Below, in pieces: positions 1-10,754 of a DNA stretch of 64,000 nt. This DNA comes from Calditrichia bacterium (lineage in GTDB: Bacteria; Calditrichota; Calditrichia; Calditrichales; J004), in contig JALXBH010000058.1 in the NCBI GenBank assembly GCA_026991535.1, positions 13,037-77,036 of the forward strand. The letters run 5' to 3'. The number at the start of each line of letters is the position of its first letter. Within the stretch, counting starts at the first letter, position 1. Both the position numbers and the translations under genes were made by a program. The notes below the pieces were generated by a model that saw only the letters and a list, made by a program, of their open reading frames with translations, did no database searches and had not been told where the DNA came from.

Positions 1-1039
1 CAGGAATGATGGGCAGCCTCCGGGCTATGACGTCAATCGCCGCGATTATATGGCTTACCTTTATTTCACACAAAGCGCTACGGAAAAATATGATGCCGGG
101 AAGAATTATACCCGCCTGGCGGATTCACTTTACCGGCAGGAGATTGGACGATTTGCCGGATGGTATGAAAAAGCCCGGGAGAAACAGGATATCGACCGTG
201 ATAAGATAAAGGCCGCGGTAAGCGAGATGTTGTATCTTTTCAAGGGCTCCTATGTTTCCGGCCTGCCCGCCACGCCCTTTGGTTTGCCCTCGTTCCTAAG
301 CTCCACTCTAATTGCCCCTGGAGACTGGTTTCCTTTTAGTGATATGCTTCTTCCCTTTTTTTCCCCCGGAGGCCGGCAACGGTCCGATCTCCTTATCTCG
401 ATGCAGGTACCCGCCATTAACAGGATGACTGTGCCGGGGCAAACGTATACGGATACGCGGGGGGATAGTTATGATTATACTCTTTCCGACGACCAGACCT
501 ATGCCGAATTTTCTGTCGGCCTGGGTTATACCTTGCCCTTGCGCCGGGAAAGAAGCCTTTTTTCTTATCTGCGTTCCTTTGTACGCTTTTCCAGAAAGCA
601 ATTTACTTCCGGCGAGGAAAAAATATTTGAAGAGGTTTCAAAGTTTGTTTATCCCGACTATTGGGTCAAAGGCGCCTACTATGTCCAACAGAAAAAATCG
701 AAGTATTTTATAATGACCCAACTTGAACTTTCAACGCCGCTTTTTTTTCTTGGCGATAATCTGGCCCTGGAAATAGGCGGTCTGTTCCATTACAGTAAAG
801 CCCGCATCCCCCACCGTATCTTTTATGACGGCACCGTTAAAATATACAACCCCAATGCGGAAGTAGACCCTATATACACGGATTCCCGGCCGGTGGATCT
901 CGAGGCCGGGGTCTCGCAATTTATGGCCTGGCCGCTGATCAGCGCCAAATACAGCATTCTGGATTATATGCTGATAAATGTCGATTATATATTTAACGGA
1001 GAAATACAATATGGCCTGGGGATGCGCTGGCCCTTGTGA
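1..1039 (+). CDS. hypothetical protein, 3' part (reading frame open to the left window edge)
   Basis: The frame of ORF 50..1039 stays open back to nt 2 (RNDGQPPGYDVNRRDY precedes the first Met), so the true start is probably upstream of the window. The Tyr/Gly-rich C-terminal half ends YGLGMRWPL, which suggests an exported or outer-membrane protein. No family recognised. Confidence 0.45.
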   Translation, partial: RNDGQPPGYDVNRRDYMAYLYFTQSATEKYDAGKNYTRLADSLYRQEIGRFAGWYEKAREKQDIDRDKIKAAVSEMLYLFKGSYVSGLPATPFGLPSFLSSTLIAPGDWFPFSDMLLPFFSPGGRQRSDLLISMQVPAINRMTVPGQTYTDTRGDSYDYTLSDDQTYAEFSVGLGYTLPLRRERSLFSYLRSFVRFSRKQFTSGEEKIFEEVSKFVYPDYWVKGAYYVQQKKSKYFIMTQLELSTPLFFLGDNLALEIGGLFHYSKARIPHRIFYDGTVKIYNPNAEVDPIYTDSRPVDLEAGVSQFMAWPLISAKYSILDYMLINVDYIFNGEIQYGLGMRWPL

Positions 1040-1196
1040 TCCTTGAGGCCGGTTTGATAGCGGAAAAGCTCCTCCCCCGAATACCGGGAAAGATTCACGG
1101 CCGGGAAATAATTTGATCCGCATAACCGTTTCAGCGATATTATGTTGCCATATGTGGCGGAATCAAATTATTCAATCAACACAGAGGAGGAGAGAT

Positions 1197-1700
1197 ATGC
1201 ATTATATTAAAGGAGTCCTGTTGACAACGCTGGTGTTGTTAGCCGCTTCCTGCACCACCGGGGAGAAGGCGCCGCCGGTGGATACCGCCGCCGAAGCCAA
1301 AGCGGTGGAGAGTGTGCTGAAACAATATAAGGACGCCATCCAAAACCTGACCGTGGAAGGCACCGACACGCTGTTCACAAAGGAGGCTCAGGTCTATGAG
1401 TCGGGCGGTGTGGAAGGAACTTACGGCGACTATGTGGCCCATCATCTTGGGCCGGAACTGGATCACTTCAACAGCTTCACCTTTTCGGACTATAAGGTAG
1501 AGGTGGATATCAACATGCCCTGGGCCTTTACCACGGAAACCTATGTCTATACCATCGACCTGAAGGCTAACCCGGAAAAGGGACGCAAGGCGATGGTCAT
1601 AAGCCGCAAGGGGGTGGCCACCTCCATCCTGAAAAAGATCGACGGGCGGTGGAAAATTACGAAAACCCATACCTCCGCCAGAAACGCCCCTAAACATTAA
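1197..1700 (+). CDS. lipoprotein, NTF2-fold (SnoaL-like/DUF4440-like)
   Basis: Internal ATG at 1197 follows GAGGAGGAGAG. Lipobox signal MHYIKGVLLTTLVLLAASC. The mature part (AVESVLKQYKDAI...GRWKITKTHTS) looks like DUF4440/SnoaL. Confidence 0.6.
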   Translation: MHYIKGVLLTTLVLLAASCTTGEKAPPVDTAAEAKAVESVLKQYKDAIQNLTVEGTDTLFTKEAQVYESGGVEGTYGDYVAHHLGPELDHFNSFTFSDYKVEVDINMPWAFTTETYVYTIDLKANPEKGRKAMVISRKGVATSILKKIDGRWKITKTHTSARNAPKH

Positions 1701-1766
1701 ATACGTGTGGGGCGTCCCGCCAGGGAGGGTTTCCGGGAAAAACTCTGTTCAACGCGGGAATATTTT

Positions 1767-1798
1767 GGGGATAAGCCGGCGGTTTATCCCCTTTTTTT
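1767..1798 (+). terminator. rho-independent terminator
   Basis: Stem ggggataa (1767-1774) pairs with ttatcccc (1784-1791), followed by T7 (1792-1798). Confidence 0.65.
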
Positions 1799-1991
1799 GT
1801 ATGGAGGCAAACGGTCATGGTACCGGGGGAAGGTGCCCGGACATAGATTTTTTCCTGTCTTACTTATCATTAGGCCCGTAGCTGACGATCATGGCAAAAA
1901 TATCTGCGATTTTCTTCTGTTTTTTTATTAATTTAGAAAGATTATTCAGGTAAAACAGAAACGGTCAACCAAGAACAGAGAAGGTAGTATT

Positions 1992-2840
1992 ATGGTAAAA
2001 AGTATTCTTGTACCCCTGGACCCCTCGCCGTACACCGACAAAGCCATCGAAACGGCCATTCGTATGGCTCAGGTAAACAAAGCCCATTTGACCGGCATGG
2101 TTGTTATCGACATTCCCGGAATAAAAAAAGCGGCCGGCCCTGTTCCGCCGGGCGGTTTTTATTATGCCGAGCATCTTACCGAAAAACGAAAAGCCGAAGC
2201 CGAGGAACGGGTAGACGCTTTGTTGAAAAAATTCAGCGCCGCCTGCGATAAGGCCGGTGTAAAGCATTCCGAAGCCCGCAACCAGGGCAATCCCAGCGAA
2301 AGCATTCTTAAGGAATCTATCTATTATGATCTTCTGGTTATGGGCCTGCGCACCCACTTTAATTTTGAAGTCAGTCACGAAGCGGGAGATTCGCTTCAGG
2401 AAATGTTGGATGAATCCATTACTCCCATCTATGCCGTGCCTGCCGATATGCAGGTGCCCAAGGGGGACAAGGCTGAGGTTAATGTCTGTATTCCCTTTGA
2501 CGGCTCCCTGCCGGCGGCCCGTGCCCTGCAGCGCTTTGCCCAGCTTATTCGCCATGACCTGCCCCGGGTAAAGCTGGTGATGAGCCATGAGGATATTGAA
2601 TATGCCGAAGGCGTTCTGGAAGGGGCAAAAGGCTATCTGGCCCATCACGGTATCCATAACGTGGAAACGGATATTACCGTTGAGAACATCATTGACAAAA
2701 TAAAGAACGATTATACGGATTGGGCCGATGTTTTTGTGGTTGGCGCGCACTCCAAAAAAGGCCTTTTTGACTTTATGGTGGGCAGCCTGACCAAATATCT
2801 GATCGAATGGAACCGGAAGCCTGTTTTTATCGGGCAGTAA
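1992..2840 (+). CDS. universal stress protein, tandem Usp domains
   Basis: N-terminus SILVPLDPSPYTDKAIETAIRMA. The second half ends VVGAHSKKGLFDFMVGSLTKYL (UspA ATP-binding-type motif). 282 aa fits two Usp domains. Confidence 0.85.
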   Translation: MVKSILVPLDPSPYTDKAIETAIRMAQVNKAHLTGMVVIDIPGIKKAAGPVPPGGFYYAEHLTEKRKAEAEERVDALLKKFSAACDKAGVKHSEARNQGNPSESILKESIYYDLLVMGLRTHFNFEVSHEAGDSLQEMLDESITPIYAVPADMQVPKGDKAEVNVCIPFDGSLPAARALQRFAQLIRHDLPRVKLVMSHEDIEYAEGVLEGAKGYLAHHGIHNVETDITVENIIDKIKNDYTDWADVFVVGAHSKKGLFDFMVGSLTKYLIEWNRKPVFIGQ

Positions 2841-3014
2841 TTTTATCTTCCCGTGATCTGCCGTATATCTTTTTTTATTATGTTTTTTAACTGAAAACCG
2901 AAACCAGCGATCCGGCGGGCCTGTGTGCCGCCGGGTCTGTTCTAATTCCTCCCGGCAACATATATCAGGCCGGGATTCCCGACGCGTAGCGCACCTTAAC
3001 CGATATCTCAGGAG

Positions 3015-5294
3015 TTGTATTTGTCTCTGAGGAAATCCCCGTTCCGCCGTATTAGCCGCGGATGTTTTTGGCTGCTCCTTGGCGCCCTTATGCCGCTTGG
3101 CGCGCAATCCGTGGTTGTGACGGGTATCGTTTTAAATAAGCAGGACGGCCGTCCCGTTCCCGGAGCGAGCGCCTATATCGAAGGCCGCACGCTGGGCGGC
3201 AGCAGCGACAGCAGCGGCTATTTTAACTTCCGGGCGGGCGAGGATGTTGTTGATTCCGCCGTTCTGATCATTCATCATATCGCTTATGATACCCTCAGGA
3301 TGCCTTTAAAAAAGGCCCTCGGTCGGCATGTTTTCCGTTTGACCCCCCTGGTGCGTCCCCTGGAAAAGATCGTGGTTGAGGTGCCCCGGGATCGTACATT
3401 GCTGGCCAACGACCTGCCGGCGGCGGTCACCATCGTGGAAGCTTCGGAGTTTGAGGGGCGTGGTTATATCGATCTGGGTGATTTGCTGCGTACGGAAAAA
3501 AGTATCCAGATTGAAGAAGACCTGAGTGGGCGCAAGTCCCTTTCCCTGCGGGCGGGCAATCCCGGTGATGTAGTGGTGTTTTACAACGGCCTTAAAATGA
3601 ACAGTTTGTACGACAATATTTTTGATCTGTCGCTGCTGAACGTGGAAGATATGAGCCAGGTGGAAATCATCCGGGGCAGCAACACGGCCCTTTATGGCGC
3701 GGAAGCCTTTTCCGGCGTTATCAACATCGTGCCCCGCACCCGGCAGGACTATACGGCCCGTTTTATCCAAAAAATCGGTTCCTACCGCTCGGGAGACTGG
3801 AATCTGCAACTCAATTATGCGCCGCTTGAAAATCTGTATCTTAACGCTACGGTTAAAGAGGCGGCCTACAAAAGGGTGTTGGGTGATAAGAGCGGCTATC
3901 TGGAAAACCGCTCCCGCTACTATTCGGGGAATATCCTCTATGAAATCAGCCCTTCTTCCGATGCCGGTAAGGTGGAAAGTATCGGCCTGATGTATATGCG
4001 CGTGGACTCCGATCACCAGAACAACAGCTTTGTGGAATCCATCGGCGATGCCAATGAGATTGTTTCGCTGAGTTATAAAAAATGGTCACCTTTATGGCAA
4101 AACCTGGAAGTAACCGCCGCCCGGCAAATTCTGAATAACCGGCAGACCTTGGTTGATGTTTCGGGCACGCTGGAACGGCGTTTCGCCAACCGCCGCTTAT
4201 CCTTGAATGTGCAAAACCGCTACCGTTTTTCGGTTCTGGAGCTGATAGGGGCCTACCAGTTTGAGGATAACCGTCTTAAATTTTCCGAGTTGCGCGCGGG
4301 GCTGGATCGTTTTTCCGGAGGCATTGAATCCGCCGGGATATACCAGCGCCGGCACGGCGCGGCGGCCATTGCCCGCGTAAAGGCCCGTTTGGGTAAAGGG
4401 CCGGTAAGCAAGGCACTGGTGGATATCAGCTACCGGTATGACCGGGTGGATAACAGCGAGCGCGACGTGGTTGAGCGTCAGGGGGAGACGCGGGTGTTTT
4501 ATGATGGCGAACAGCAACGCCGGCGCTGGCAGGCCGGAACCATAAAGTTTTCCACCACCCTGAGCGGCCGGGCCGGCAACCTGGATTATGATTTTTTTAT
4601 GAATGCGGGCAGCAATATAAAATTCCCCACCATTTTTAATCAAATCAGCCAGGCCGCGCCGTTTAATCCCGGTGTTCCGGAAATAGTGGCCCGGCTGGAG
4701 CCGGAGAAAAACCGCAGCCTGGAAACGGGACTGATGCTCTCCCGCCTTTATGATACGGAAGCGGTAATCAATGAGTGGCGTCTGGAATTCAGCCAGTTCA
4801 GCAACGCCTATGAGAATAAATTCCGCAATTATTATATTCCCGGTCTGCCCCTGGCTTTTTACGAAAATGTGCCCAATGCCGATATCCGCGGCTACGAAGC
4901 CTTATGGAAACTGGTCTTTTTACAACGGATCATGAGCATGAGCTGGGGCGCCAGTTTTTACGATATTTCCGATCAGGCCGCCTTTCCCTTTAAAAACAAG
5001 GTCAGCGTTTCGGCAACCTTAAACGCCCAATACGCGGGATTTCGCCTGCAGCTTAAGGGCTTTTATGAAAGCGAGCGCGCGGGCTGGTTGAGGGATATTC
5101 GTTCGGAGTATGTTGAATTGCGACTGCCCTCCTATTATAACTTTGACCTGCATCTGAGCAAGTGGCACACACTGGGGCCCGTGCGTCTTTTTGCTTCCCT
5201 CAGCGCACGGAACCTGTTAAACACGAGGACGGTGCTCGAGGGGATCGCTATCCGTGACCGGCGTTTTTATCTCGGTTTTGGGGTGGAGTATTAA
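3015..5294 (+). CDS. TonB-dependent receptor with CarboxypepD_reg N-domain
   Basis: Signal peptide ...LLLGALMPLGAQS. CarboxypepD_reg segment VVTGIVLNKQDGRPVPGASAYIEG...GYFNF. Plug-like region (IEIIRGSNTALYGAEAFSGVINIV). C-terminal barrel ends RRFYLGFGVEY. The start is ambiguous: TTG at 3015 or TTG at 3021, with AGGAG at 3010-3014. Confidence 0.85.
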   Translation: MYLSLRKSPFRRISRGCFWLLLGALMPLGAQSVVVTGIVLNKQDGRPVPGASAYIEGRTLGGSSDSSGYFNFRAGEDVVDSAVLIIHHIAYDTLRMPLKKALGRHVFRLTPLVRPLEKIVVEVPRDRTLLANDLPAAVTIVEASEFEGRGYIDLGDLLRTEKSIQIEEDLSGRKSLSLRAGNPGDVVVFYNGLKMNSLYDNIFDLSLLNVEDMSQVEIIRGSNTALYGAEAFSGVINIVPRTRQDYTARFIQKIGSYRSGDWNLQLNYAPLENLYLNATVKEAAYKRVLGDKSGYLENRSRYYSGNILYEISPSSDAGKVESIGLMYMRVDSDHQNNSFVESIGDANEIVSLSYKKWSPLWQNLEVTAARQILNNRQTLVDVSGTLERRFANRRLSLNVQNRYRFSVLELIGAYQFEDNRLKFSELRAGLDRFSGGIESAGIYQRRHGAAAIARVKARLGKGPVSKALVDISYRYDRVDNSERDVVERQGETRVFYDGEQQRRRWQAGTIKFSTTLSGRAGNLDYDFFMNAGSNIKFPTIFNQISQAAPFNPGVPEIVARLEPEKNRSLETGLMLSRLYDTEAVINEWRLEFSQFSNAYENKFRNYYIPGLPLAFYENVPNADIRGYEALWKLVFLQRIMSMSWGASFYDISDQAAFPFKNKVSVSATLNAQYAGFRLQLKGFYESERAGWLRDIRSEYVELRLPSYYNFDLHLSKWHTLGPVRLFASLSARNLLNTRTVLEGIAIRDRRFYLGFGVEY

Positions 5295-5295
5295 T

Positions 5296-6135
5296 ATGCG
5301 TTTTCTCATAAGAGCTGCGGTATTGTTGCTCCTTACCGTTTCATGCACGGAAAATTTCCTGTTCGACGATGAAATCACTCCCGTAAATACCCGGAGTGTG
5401 GAGGGCTACGTTCAACTGAGGGGAGAGACGGATCACGGGGGTATATATGTCTACCTGGAAGGTTTTGACGTTGAGACCTATACCGATGCCGGTGGATATT
5501 TTAAACTGGAAATACCGCAAAATCCCCGCCTGCAACCGGGGCAGGGCGTGGATGGTGCCTTTTATATTTGGTATTATGTGGACAATTACCGTTTGATGAA
5601 CTCCCTGACGCTGGTTCGTGGAGGGCAGTTCAGTTACGGCCATGCCGATATCAATGACGAGGGGCGCCTGAAGAAGACGGTTGTTTTACCAAAACTACTG
5701 GATATAACCACGTCTGTCTCCCCGGAAAGAATATCCGAAGAGTTTGATGGCGTTCTTCAGGTAAACATGACGCTGAAGAACCTAACCGACTCAGTGTATG
5801 TCAATGTTCTGGAACGTAAATTCCATGAACTGGGCGGCGTATATTTGATTAACAACCCGGACAGCAGCAATATTCAGTTTGTACGTCTGGAAAATGCCGC
5901 CAACCGCAGGGTGCTGGTGGATAGCGTTCAATACTGGCAGATGTTGGTCAGCCGGGATTCACTGCCCCTGTTTCCGGGAAAATATGAAGTGCTTCCTTTT
6001 GTTAAACTGTACCACAAGGGGATGCCGGATGTATTGCGGGAAAAGTTCGGCAGCAACGCCTCAACCTTCTCCCGGGAGTTTTTGAACCTTCCGCGCAAGG
6101 TTTCCCCGGCGTTGCTGACCATTGGCCGACGCTAA
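5296..6135 (+). CDS. lipoprotein with CarboxypepD_reg-like domain, function unknown
   Basis: ATG at 5296 lies 1 nt after the receptor stop. Lipobox LLLLTVSC. Segment VEGYVQLRGETDHGGIYVYLEG...GGYFKLEI. Probably co-transcribed with the receptor. Confidence 0.55.
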   Translation: MRFLIRAAVLLLLTVSCTENFLFDDEITPVNTRSVEGYVQLRGETDHGGIYVYLEGFDVETYTDAGGYFKLEIPQNPRLQPGQGVDGAFYIWYYVDNYRLMNSLTLVRGGQFSYGHADINDEGRLKKTVVLPKLLDITTSVSPERISEEFDGVLQVNMTLKNLTDSVYVNVLERKFHELGGVYLINNPDSSNIQFVRLENAANRRVLVDSVQYWQMLVSRDSLPLFPGKYEVLPFVKLYHKGMPDVLREKFGSNASTFSREFLNLPRKVSPALLTIGRR

Positions 6136-6208
6136 AGGAATCTGTTTTTTATCCCATCCTTTTATAAATTCCCTCAAGGCCTTTCATTAAAATTCCCGGC
6201 GGCACACT

Positions 6209-7513
6209 ATGCTTACACCAAAAAAAATTATGCGTTTCTGGTTCCCCCTGGCTGCTACCTGGCTGATGATGTCGGTGGAGGGGCCCTTTGTGACGGCGGT
6301 AATCGCCCGCCTGGCGGACGAAACCCACAACCTGGCGGCCTTTGGCATTGCCTATGCCTTTGCCCTGCTGGCGGAATCTCCCGTGATTATGCTGATGGCG
6401 GCGGCCACCTCTCTGGTGCGTGGCCGGACAAGTTACCGGCGCCTGAGGCGATTCACGCTGGTATTGGTGGGCTTGGTAACCCTTTCCCTGGCGGGGGCTC
6501 TATTTTCACCCTTTTTTGATTTTCTTATTTATGATGTACTCAATCTCTCTCCGTTGATACACGACTTAACCCATCAGACACTGGTTTTTATGCTGGTGTG
6601 GCCCGGTGCCATTGCCTGGCGCCGCTTTTTACAGGGTCTGCTGATTGTTAATAATAAAACACGCATCGTTTCCTATGGTACGGCCATCCGCCTTGTTTTG
6701 ATGGCCCTTACCGCGCTTTTCTTTTATTTTCATCCCCTGTTGCCCGGAGCGGCCGTGGGCGGTTTGGCCCTCGGTGTGGGCGTTGTTGCCGAAATGGCGG
6801 TTACCTGGTATCTCAGCAGGTCCACAATCCGTAAAGTGCTGGGGCAAAGGGAAAAAGCACCGGAAAAAATACTATCCATGCGGGGTATACTGCGTTTTTA
6901 CTATCCTCTGGCATTGGCTACCTTTCTGGGATTGGGCATTCAACCCATGCTCACCTTTTTTCTGGGGCAAAGCAGGATGGCCCTGGAGTCACTGGCCATA
7001 TTACCGGTTATTAACGCCTTTATTTTTATCTTCCGCAGCATTGGCCTCTCCTTTCAGGAGGTGGCCATCACTTTTTTGCATCATTCCCGGGAGCAGTTTT
7101 CTTTTCTGCATCGCTTTGTTTTAAAGGTTGCCCTGGCCATCACCCTTTTGGTGTTGCTTATTGTACTTACGCCTTTATCACGCCTTTGGTATCAGGATAT
7201 CAGCGGTTTAAGCCTTACCCTGACCAGGCTTTCGCTTATCCCCACTTTGATTATGTCCCTCTTGCCGGCCTTGTCCCTTTATATTTCCTGGCAGAGAGCA
7301 GTAGAGGTTCAGGCGCATCAGACGCGTCATCTTACCCTGTCCACCTTTATCGAGGTCAGTGTCATCGGTCTGGTTATGCTTCTCTTGATACGGGCGGATT
7401 TTATCGGTATATACGCCGTGGCCATCGCCATGACCTGCGGCAGATTGGCGGCCAATGCCTATCTTTTTGTTACCAATCTGCGCGCGGAAAAAATCCTCTT
7501 TTCTGCTAACTGA
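6209..7513 (+). CDS. polytopic membrane protein, MATE/MOP-superfamily-like
   Basis: About 12 hydrophobic segments. N-terminus FWFPLAATWLMMSVEGPFVTAVIARL...LAAFGIAYAF resembles the MATE N-lobe. The family assignment is tentative. Confidence 0.5.
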   Translation: MLTPKKIMRFWFPLAATWLMMSVEGPFVTAVIARLADETHNLAAFGIAYAFALLAESPVIMLMAAATSLVRGRTSYRRLRRFTLVLVGLVTLSLAGALFSPFFDFLIYDVLNLSPLIHDLTHQTLVFMLVWPGAIAWRRFLQGLLIVNNKTRIVSYGTAIRLVLMALTALFFYFHPLLPGAAVGGLALGVGVVAEMAVTWYLSRSTIRKVLGQREKAPEKILSMRGILRFYYPLALATFLGLGIQPMLTFFLGQSRMALESLAILPVINAFIFIFRSIGLSFQEVAITFLHHSREQFSFLHRFVLKVALAITLLVLLIVLTPLSRLWYQDISGLSLTLTRLSLIPTLIMSLLPALSLYISWQRAVEVQAHQTRHLTLSTFIEVSVIGLVMLLLIRADFIGIYAVAIAMTCGRLAANAYLFVTNLRAEKILFSAN

Positions 7514-7718
7514 TTTTCCTTTTGCTTCACAGTGACCCTGAAAGCGGTAAAAATCATCCGTATGTAGTATGTTTTTTTAGACCGACAGCTTTACGGTAAA
7601 GGATACATCTTCATCATTCAGACAGTGTTGTACGAAAACTGTTCATAGTATGGTTATTGCTTTATGATCTAAATATTATCCGAAAATGGAAATGTCGAAA
7701 AAAAACATAGAGGTTATC

Positions 7719-10700
7719 ATGAAGAACTTCTCTATTCAAAAAAAACTGGTTTTATCTTTTTTATTTGTAACCACCGTTGCCGTGGCCATTACCGGCATAA
7801 GCAGCTACTGGCAGGCCAGGGATGCCCTTCAGGATCGGGCCATGGCCCAGCTCTCGGCCCTGCGGGCCAACAAATCCTACCAGATTGAAAGTTATATGAA
7901 GCAGATTGAACATCAGATTACGGCTCTGTCGGAAAGCCATACGGTGGTCAATGCCATGGATGAATTTTCCGTTGCCTTCGGGCAATTGAAAAACGCCTAT
8001 TTAAATGAGGAAATAGAAGCGGGCCTGGCGGGTTATTATAATCATGAGTTTGTCAAAAGGCTGAATAAAAATACCGGGGAAAGCTATAACTATCAGTCCT
8101 ATATCCCCACGGGAAATGCCGCCCGTTATTTGCAGTTTCAATACATCGTAAATAACCCCAGTCCTACGGGGGAGAAACTGGCCCTGGATTACGCCCGCGA
8201 TAACAGTGCCTACAGCCATGCCCATAAAAAGTATCATCCTGTTTTGCGCAGCTATCTGCAAAAATTCGGTTATTATGACATTTTTCTGGTAAACAATGAC
8301 GGAGATATTGTCTATACGGTTTTTAAGGAAGTGGATTATGCCACCAACCTGCTCAGAGGTCCCTATAAGGATTCCAATATCGCCGCCGCCTTCCGCGGTG
8401 TGAGGAATGCCTCCGCGCCGGATGCGATAAAGCTGGAGGACTTCAAATTCTATAAGCCGTCCTATGGCGCGCCCGCCTCCTTTGTCGCCTCGCCCGTTTT
8501 TAAAGGCGACCGGCAGTTGGGGGTGTTGATCTTTCAGATGCCTATCGATGAAATCAATAATATCATGACCGATAATCACAGCTGGCGCGAGTCCGGACTG
8601 GGCAGCACCGGAGAGGCCTTTCTTATCGGCAGCGATTATAAAATGCGCTCCGCTTCCCGCTTTTTGATCGAAGACAAGGAAAGCTACTTTAAGGCCCTGA
8701 GTGCTTCCGGCTATAATCAGGATGAGATCGATAAAATGCGCATCTATGACAGTCCTATTCTGTTACAGACCATTAAAACGGAAGCGACCGAGGATGTGAT
8801 GAAGGGAAACAAGGCTAATAAAATTATTACCGATTATCGCGGCGAGCAGGTTCTGAATTCCTACAGTCCCCTTAAAATAAACGGCGTAAAATGGGCCATC
8901 ATCTCCAAAATTGATGAGGACGAGGCCTTTGCTTCCGTTTACAGCCTGAGAAATTCCACCCTGTTGTGGGGCCTGATGATTATGCTTTTAGCCGGCGGCG
9001 GCGCCTTTTGGTATGGAAAGAAGTTCAGCAAACCCATAATTGACATCAGTGAGGTTGCCAAAAATATTGCCCGGGGAGATATGCGCGATCAACTGGAGTA
9101 CGAGGGCAGTGATGAAATTGGCCAACTGGCGGATTCTTTTCGTGAAATGAGCCGCGCCCTTTCCGAAAAAGCCCGAGCGGCCCAGTCCATCGCCCGCGGC
9201 GATCTGGAAGTGATTATAGAAAAAGCTTCCGAGGCGGATGAATTGGGCATGGCCATGCAACAGATGAAGGAGAAAATTCAAAAAGTAGCCCAAAGCATGC
9301 AGGAAACCATCGGTCTGCAAAAAGAGGGACAGCTTTCCGCCCGCTGTGAACTAAGCGATATGGAGGGCGCTTATGCCGCGCTGGTGCGGGGCATGAATGA
9401 TGCGCTGGACGCCGTTATATGTCCCATGAAAAAAAGCATCTCTGTTATTGGCGAATATGCCGCCGGTAATTTTGAGAATGCCATGGATGAACTGCCGGGA
9501 GAACAGAAAACCCTGTCCGACGCCCTGAACGGCATCCGTGACAATCTGATGGCCGTGATTGAAGAAGGGATAAAGCTTTCGGAAGAGGCTGCCCGGGGCA
9601 ACCTGAGTTTCCGGGGAGACACGGAGCAGTTCACCGGCGCTTACCGCAACATCATAGACGGCTTTAACAAGGCGCTGGACGCCGCCATAGAACCGGTAAA
9701 TGAATCGCTGGAGGTGTTAAATCAGGCGGCCTCGGGCAACCTTACCGCGCGTGTTGTCGGGGACTATCAGGGAGATCATGCAAAAATAAAGACCGCCCTT
9801 AACCATACGCTGGACGCCCTGGATGAGGTGTTGGGTCAGGTGAATGAGGCTGTTGAACAGGTGAACGAGAGCGCCAGACAGGTTTCCGATAACTCCCAGA
9901 GCGTTTCACAGGGGGCGACGGAACAGGCCAGTTCCCTGCAGGAGATCTCCGCCTCCATGACCGAAATTAATTCCCAGGCACGCTCCAACGCGGAAAATAC
10001 GGAACAGGCGCAGGCTATTTCCGAACAAACCAAGTCCGCGGCGGATTCCGGTCATGAACGCATGCAGCGCATGATGGAATCCATCAACAACATCAATGTG
10101 GCTTCCAAGGAGATTTCCAAAATCATTAAAGCCATAGATGAGATTGCTTTTCAGACCAACCTGCTTTCGCTGAACGCGGCCGTGGAAGCGGCCCGGGCCG
10201 GCGTGCATGGCAAGGGCTTTGCCGTTGTGGCCGAGGAGGTACGCAACCTGGCCCAACGCAGCGCCAAGGCCGCCCGTGAAACAGCGGAACTTATAGAAGG
10301 CTCCGTTAATAAGGCCAGGGAAGGGATGGATATCGCCAATGCCACCAGCGAGGCCCTTGGGGAAATTATATCCGGCATAACCAAGTCCAAGGATCTGATT
10401 GACGAAATTGCTGTAGCCTCCCGCGAGCAGGTGAGCGGCATAGAACAAACCACACTGGCTTTGGGGCAGATTGATAAGGTGACGCAGGCCAATACGGCCA
10501 GCGCCGAGGAGAGCGCGGCTGCTTCCGAAGAACTTTCCGGTCAGGCGCAGACCCTAAAACAGGTGATTGCCCGTTTCAAACTGTCTTCGGTGAAACAAAG
10601 TTTTATACATACCGCCGGCGCCGGGGCAGAGCAGGAAGTTCAGGAACACTACGGGGAAGAGCCGGAGGAATTTTCCGGGGAAAATAACTTTGATGATGAG

Positions 10701-10745
10701 GAAATAAGTATAGAGTTGTCGGATCATGAGTTCGGCGATTTTTAG
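7719..10745 (+). CDS. methyl-accepting chemotaxis protein (Cache sensor, poly-HAMP array, MA domain)
   Basis: Signalling hairpin EIAFQTNLLSLNAAVEAARAGVHGKGFAVVAEEVRNLAQRSA. Two TM segments flank a roughly 400-aa periplasmic Cache-like domain. ATG at 7719 is preferred (AGAGG 5 nt upstream); the longest ORF starts at 7686. Confidence 0.9.
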   Translation: MKNFSIQKKLVLSFLFVTTVAVAITGISSYWQARDALQDRAMAQLSALRANKSYQIESYMKQIEHQITALSESHTVVNAMDEFSVAFGQLKNAYLNEEIEAGLAGYYNHEFVKRLNKNTGESYNYQSYIPTGNAARYLQFQYIVNNPSPTGEKLALDYARDNSAYSHAHKKYHPVLRSYLQKFGYYDIFLVNNDGDIVYTVFKEVDYATNLLRGPYKDSNIAAAFRGVRNASAPDAIKLEDFKFYKPSYGAPASFVASPVFKGDRQLGVLIFQMPIDEINNIMTDNHSWRESGLGSTGEAFLIGSDYKMRSASRFLIEDKESYFKALSASGYNQDEIDKMRIYDSPILLQTIKTEATEDVMKGNKANKIITDYRGEQVLNSYSPLKINGVKWAIISKIDEDEAFASVYSLRNSTLLWGLMIMLLAGGGAFWYGKKFSKPIIDISEVAKNIARGDMRDQLEYEGSDEIGQLADSFREMSRALSEKARAAQSIARGDLEVIIEKASEADELGMAMQQMKEKIQKVAQSMQETIGLQKEGQLSARCELSDMEGAYAALVRGMNDALDAVICPMKKSISVIGEYAAGNFENAMDELPGEQKTLSDALNGIRDNLMAVIEEGIKLSEEAARGNLSFRGDTEQFTGAYRNIIDGFNKALDAAIEPVNESLEVLNQAASGNLTARVVGDYQGDHAKIKTALNHTLDALDEVLGQVNEAVEQVNESARQVSDNSQSVSQGATEQASSLQEISASMTEINSQARSNAENTEQAQAISEQTKSAADSGHERMQRMMESINNINVASKEISKIIKAIDEIAFQTNLLSLNAAVEAARAGVHGKGFAVVAEEVRNLAQRSAKAARETAELIEGSVNKAREGMDIANATSEALGEIISGITKSKDLIDEIAVASREQVSGIEQTTLALGQIDKVTQANTASAEESAAASEELSGQAQTLKQVIARFKLSSVKQSFIHTAGAGAEQEVQEHYGEEPEEFSGENNFDDEEISIELSDHEFGDF

Positions 10746-10754
10746 GAGGTAAAA

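Noticed and set aside
1707-1931. 74-aa ORF in the gap between the DUF4440-like gene and the USP gene.
   Set aside because: It starts inside the terminator region and spans the hairpin at 1767-1798. It has no RBS, and its composition (R/G/F/L-rich) is not protein-like.
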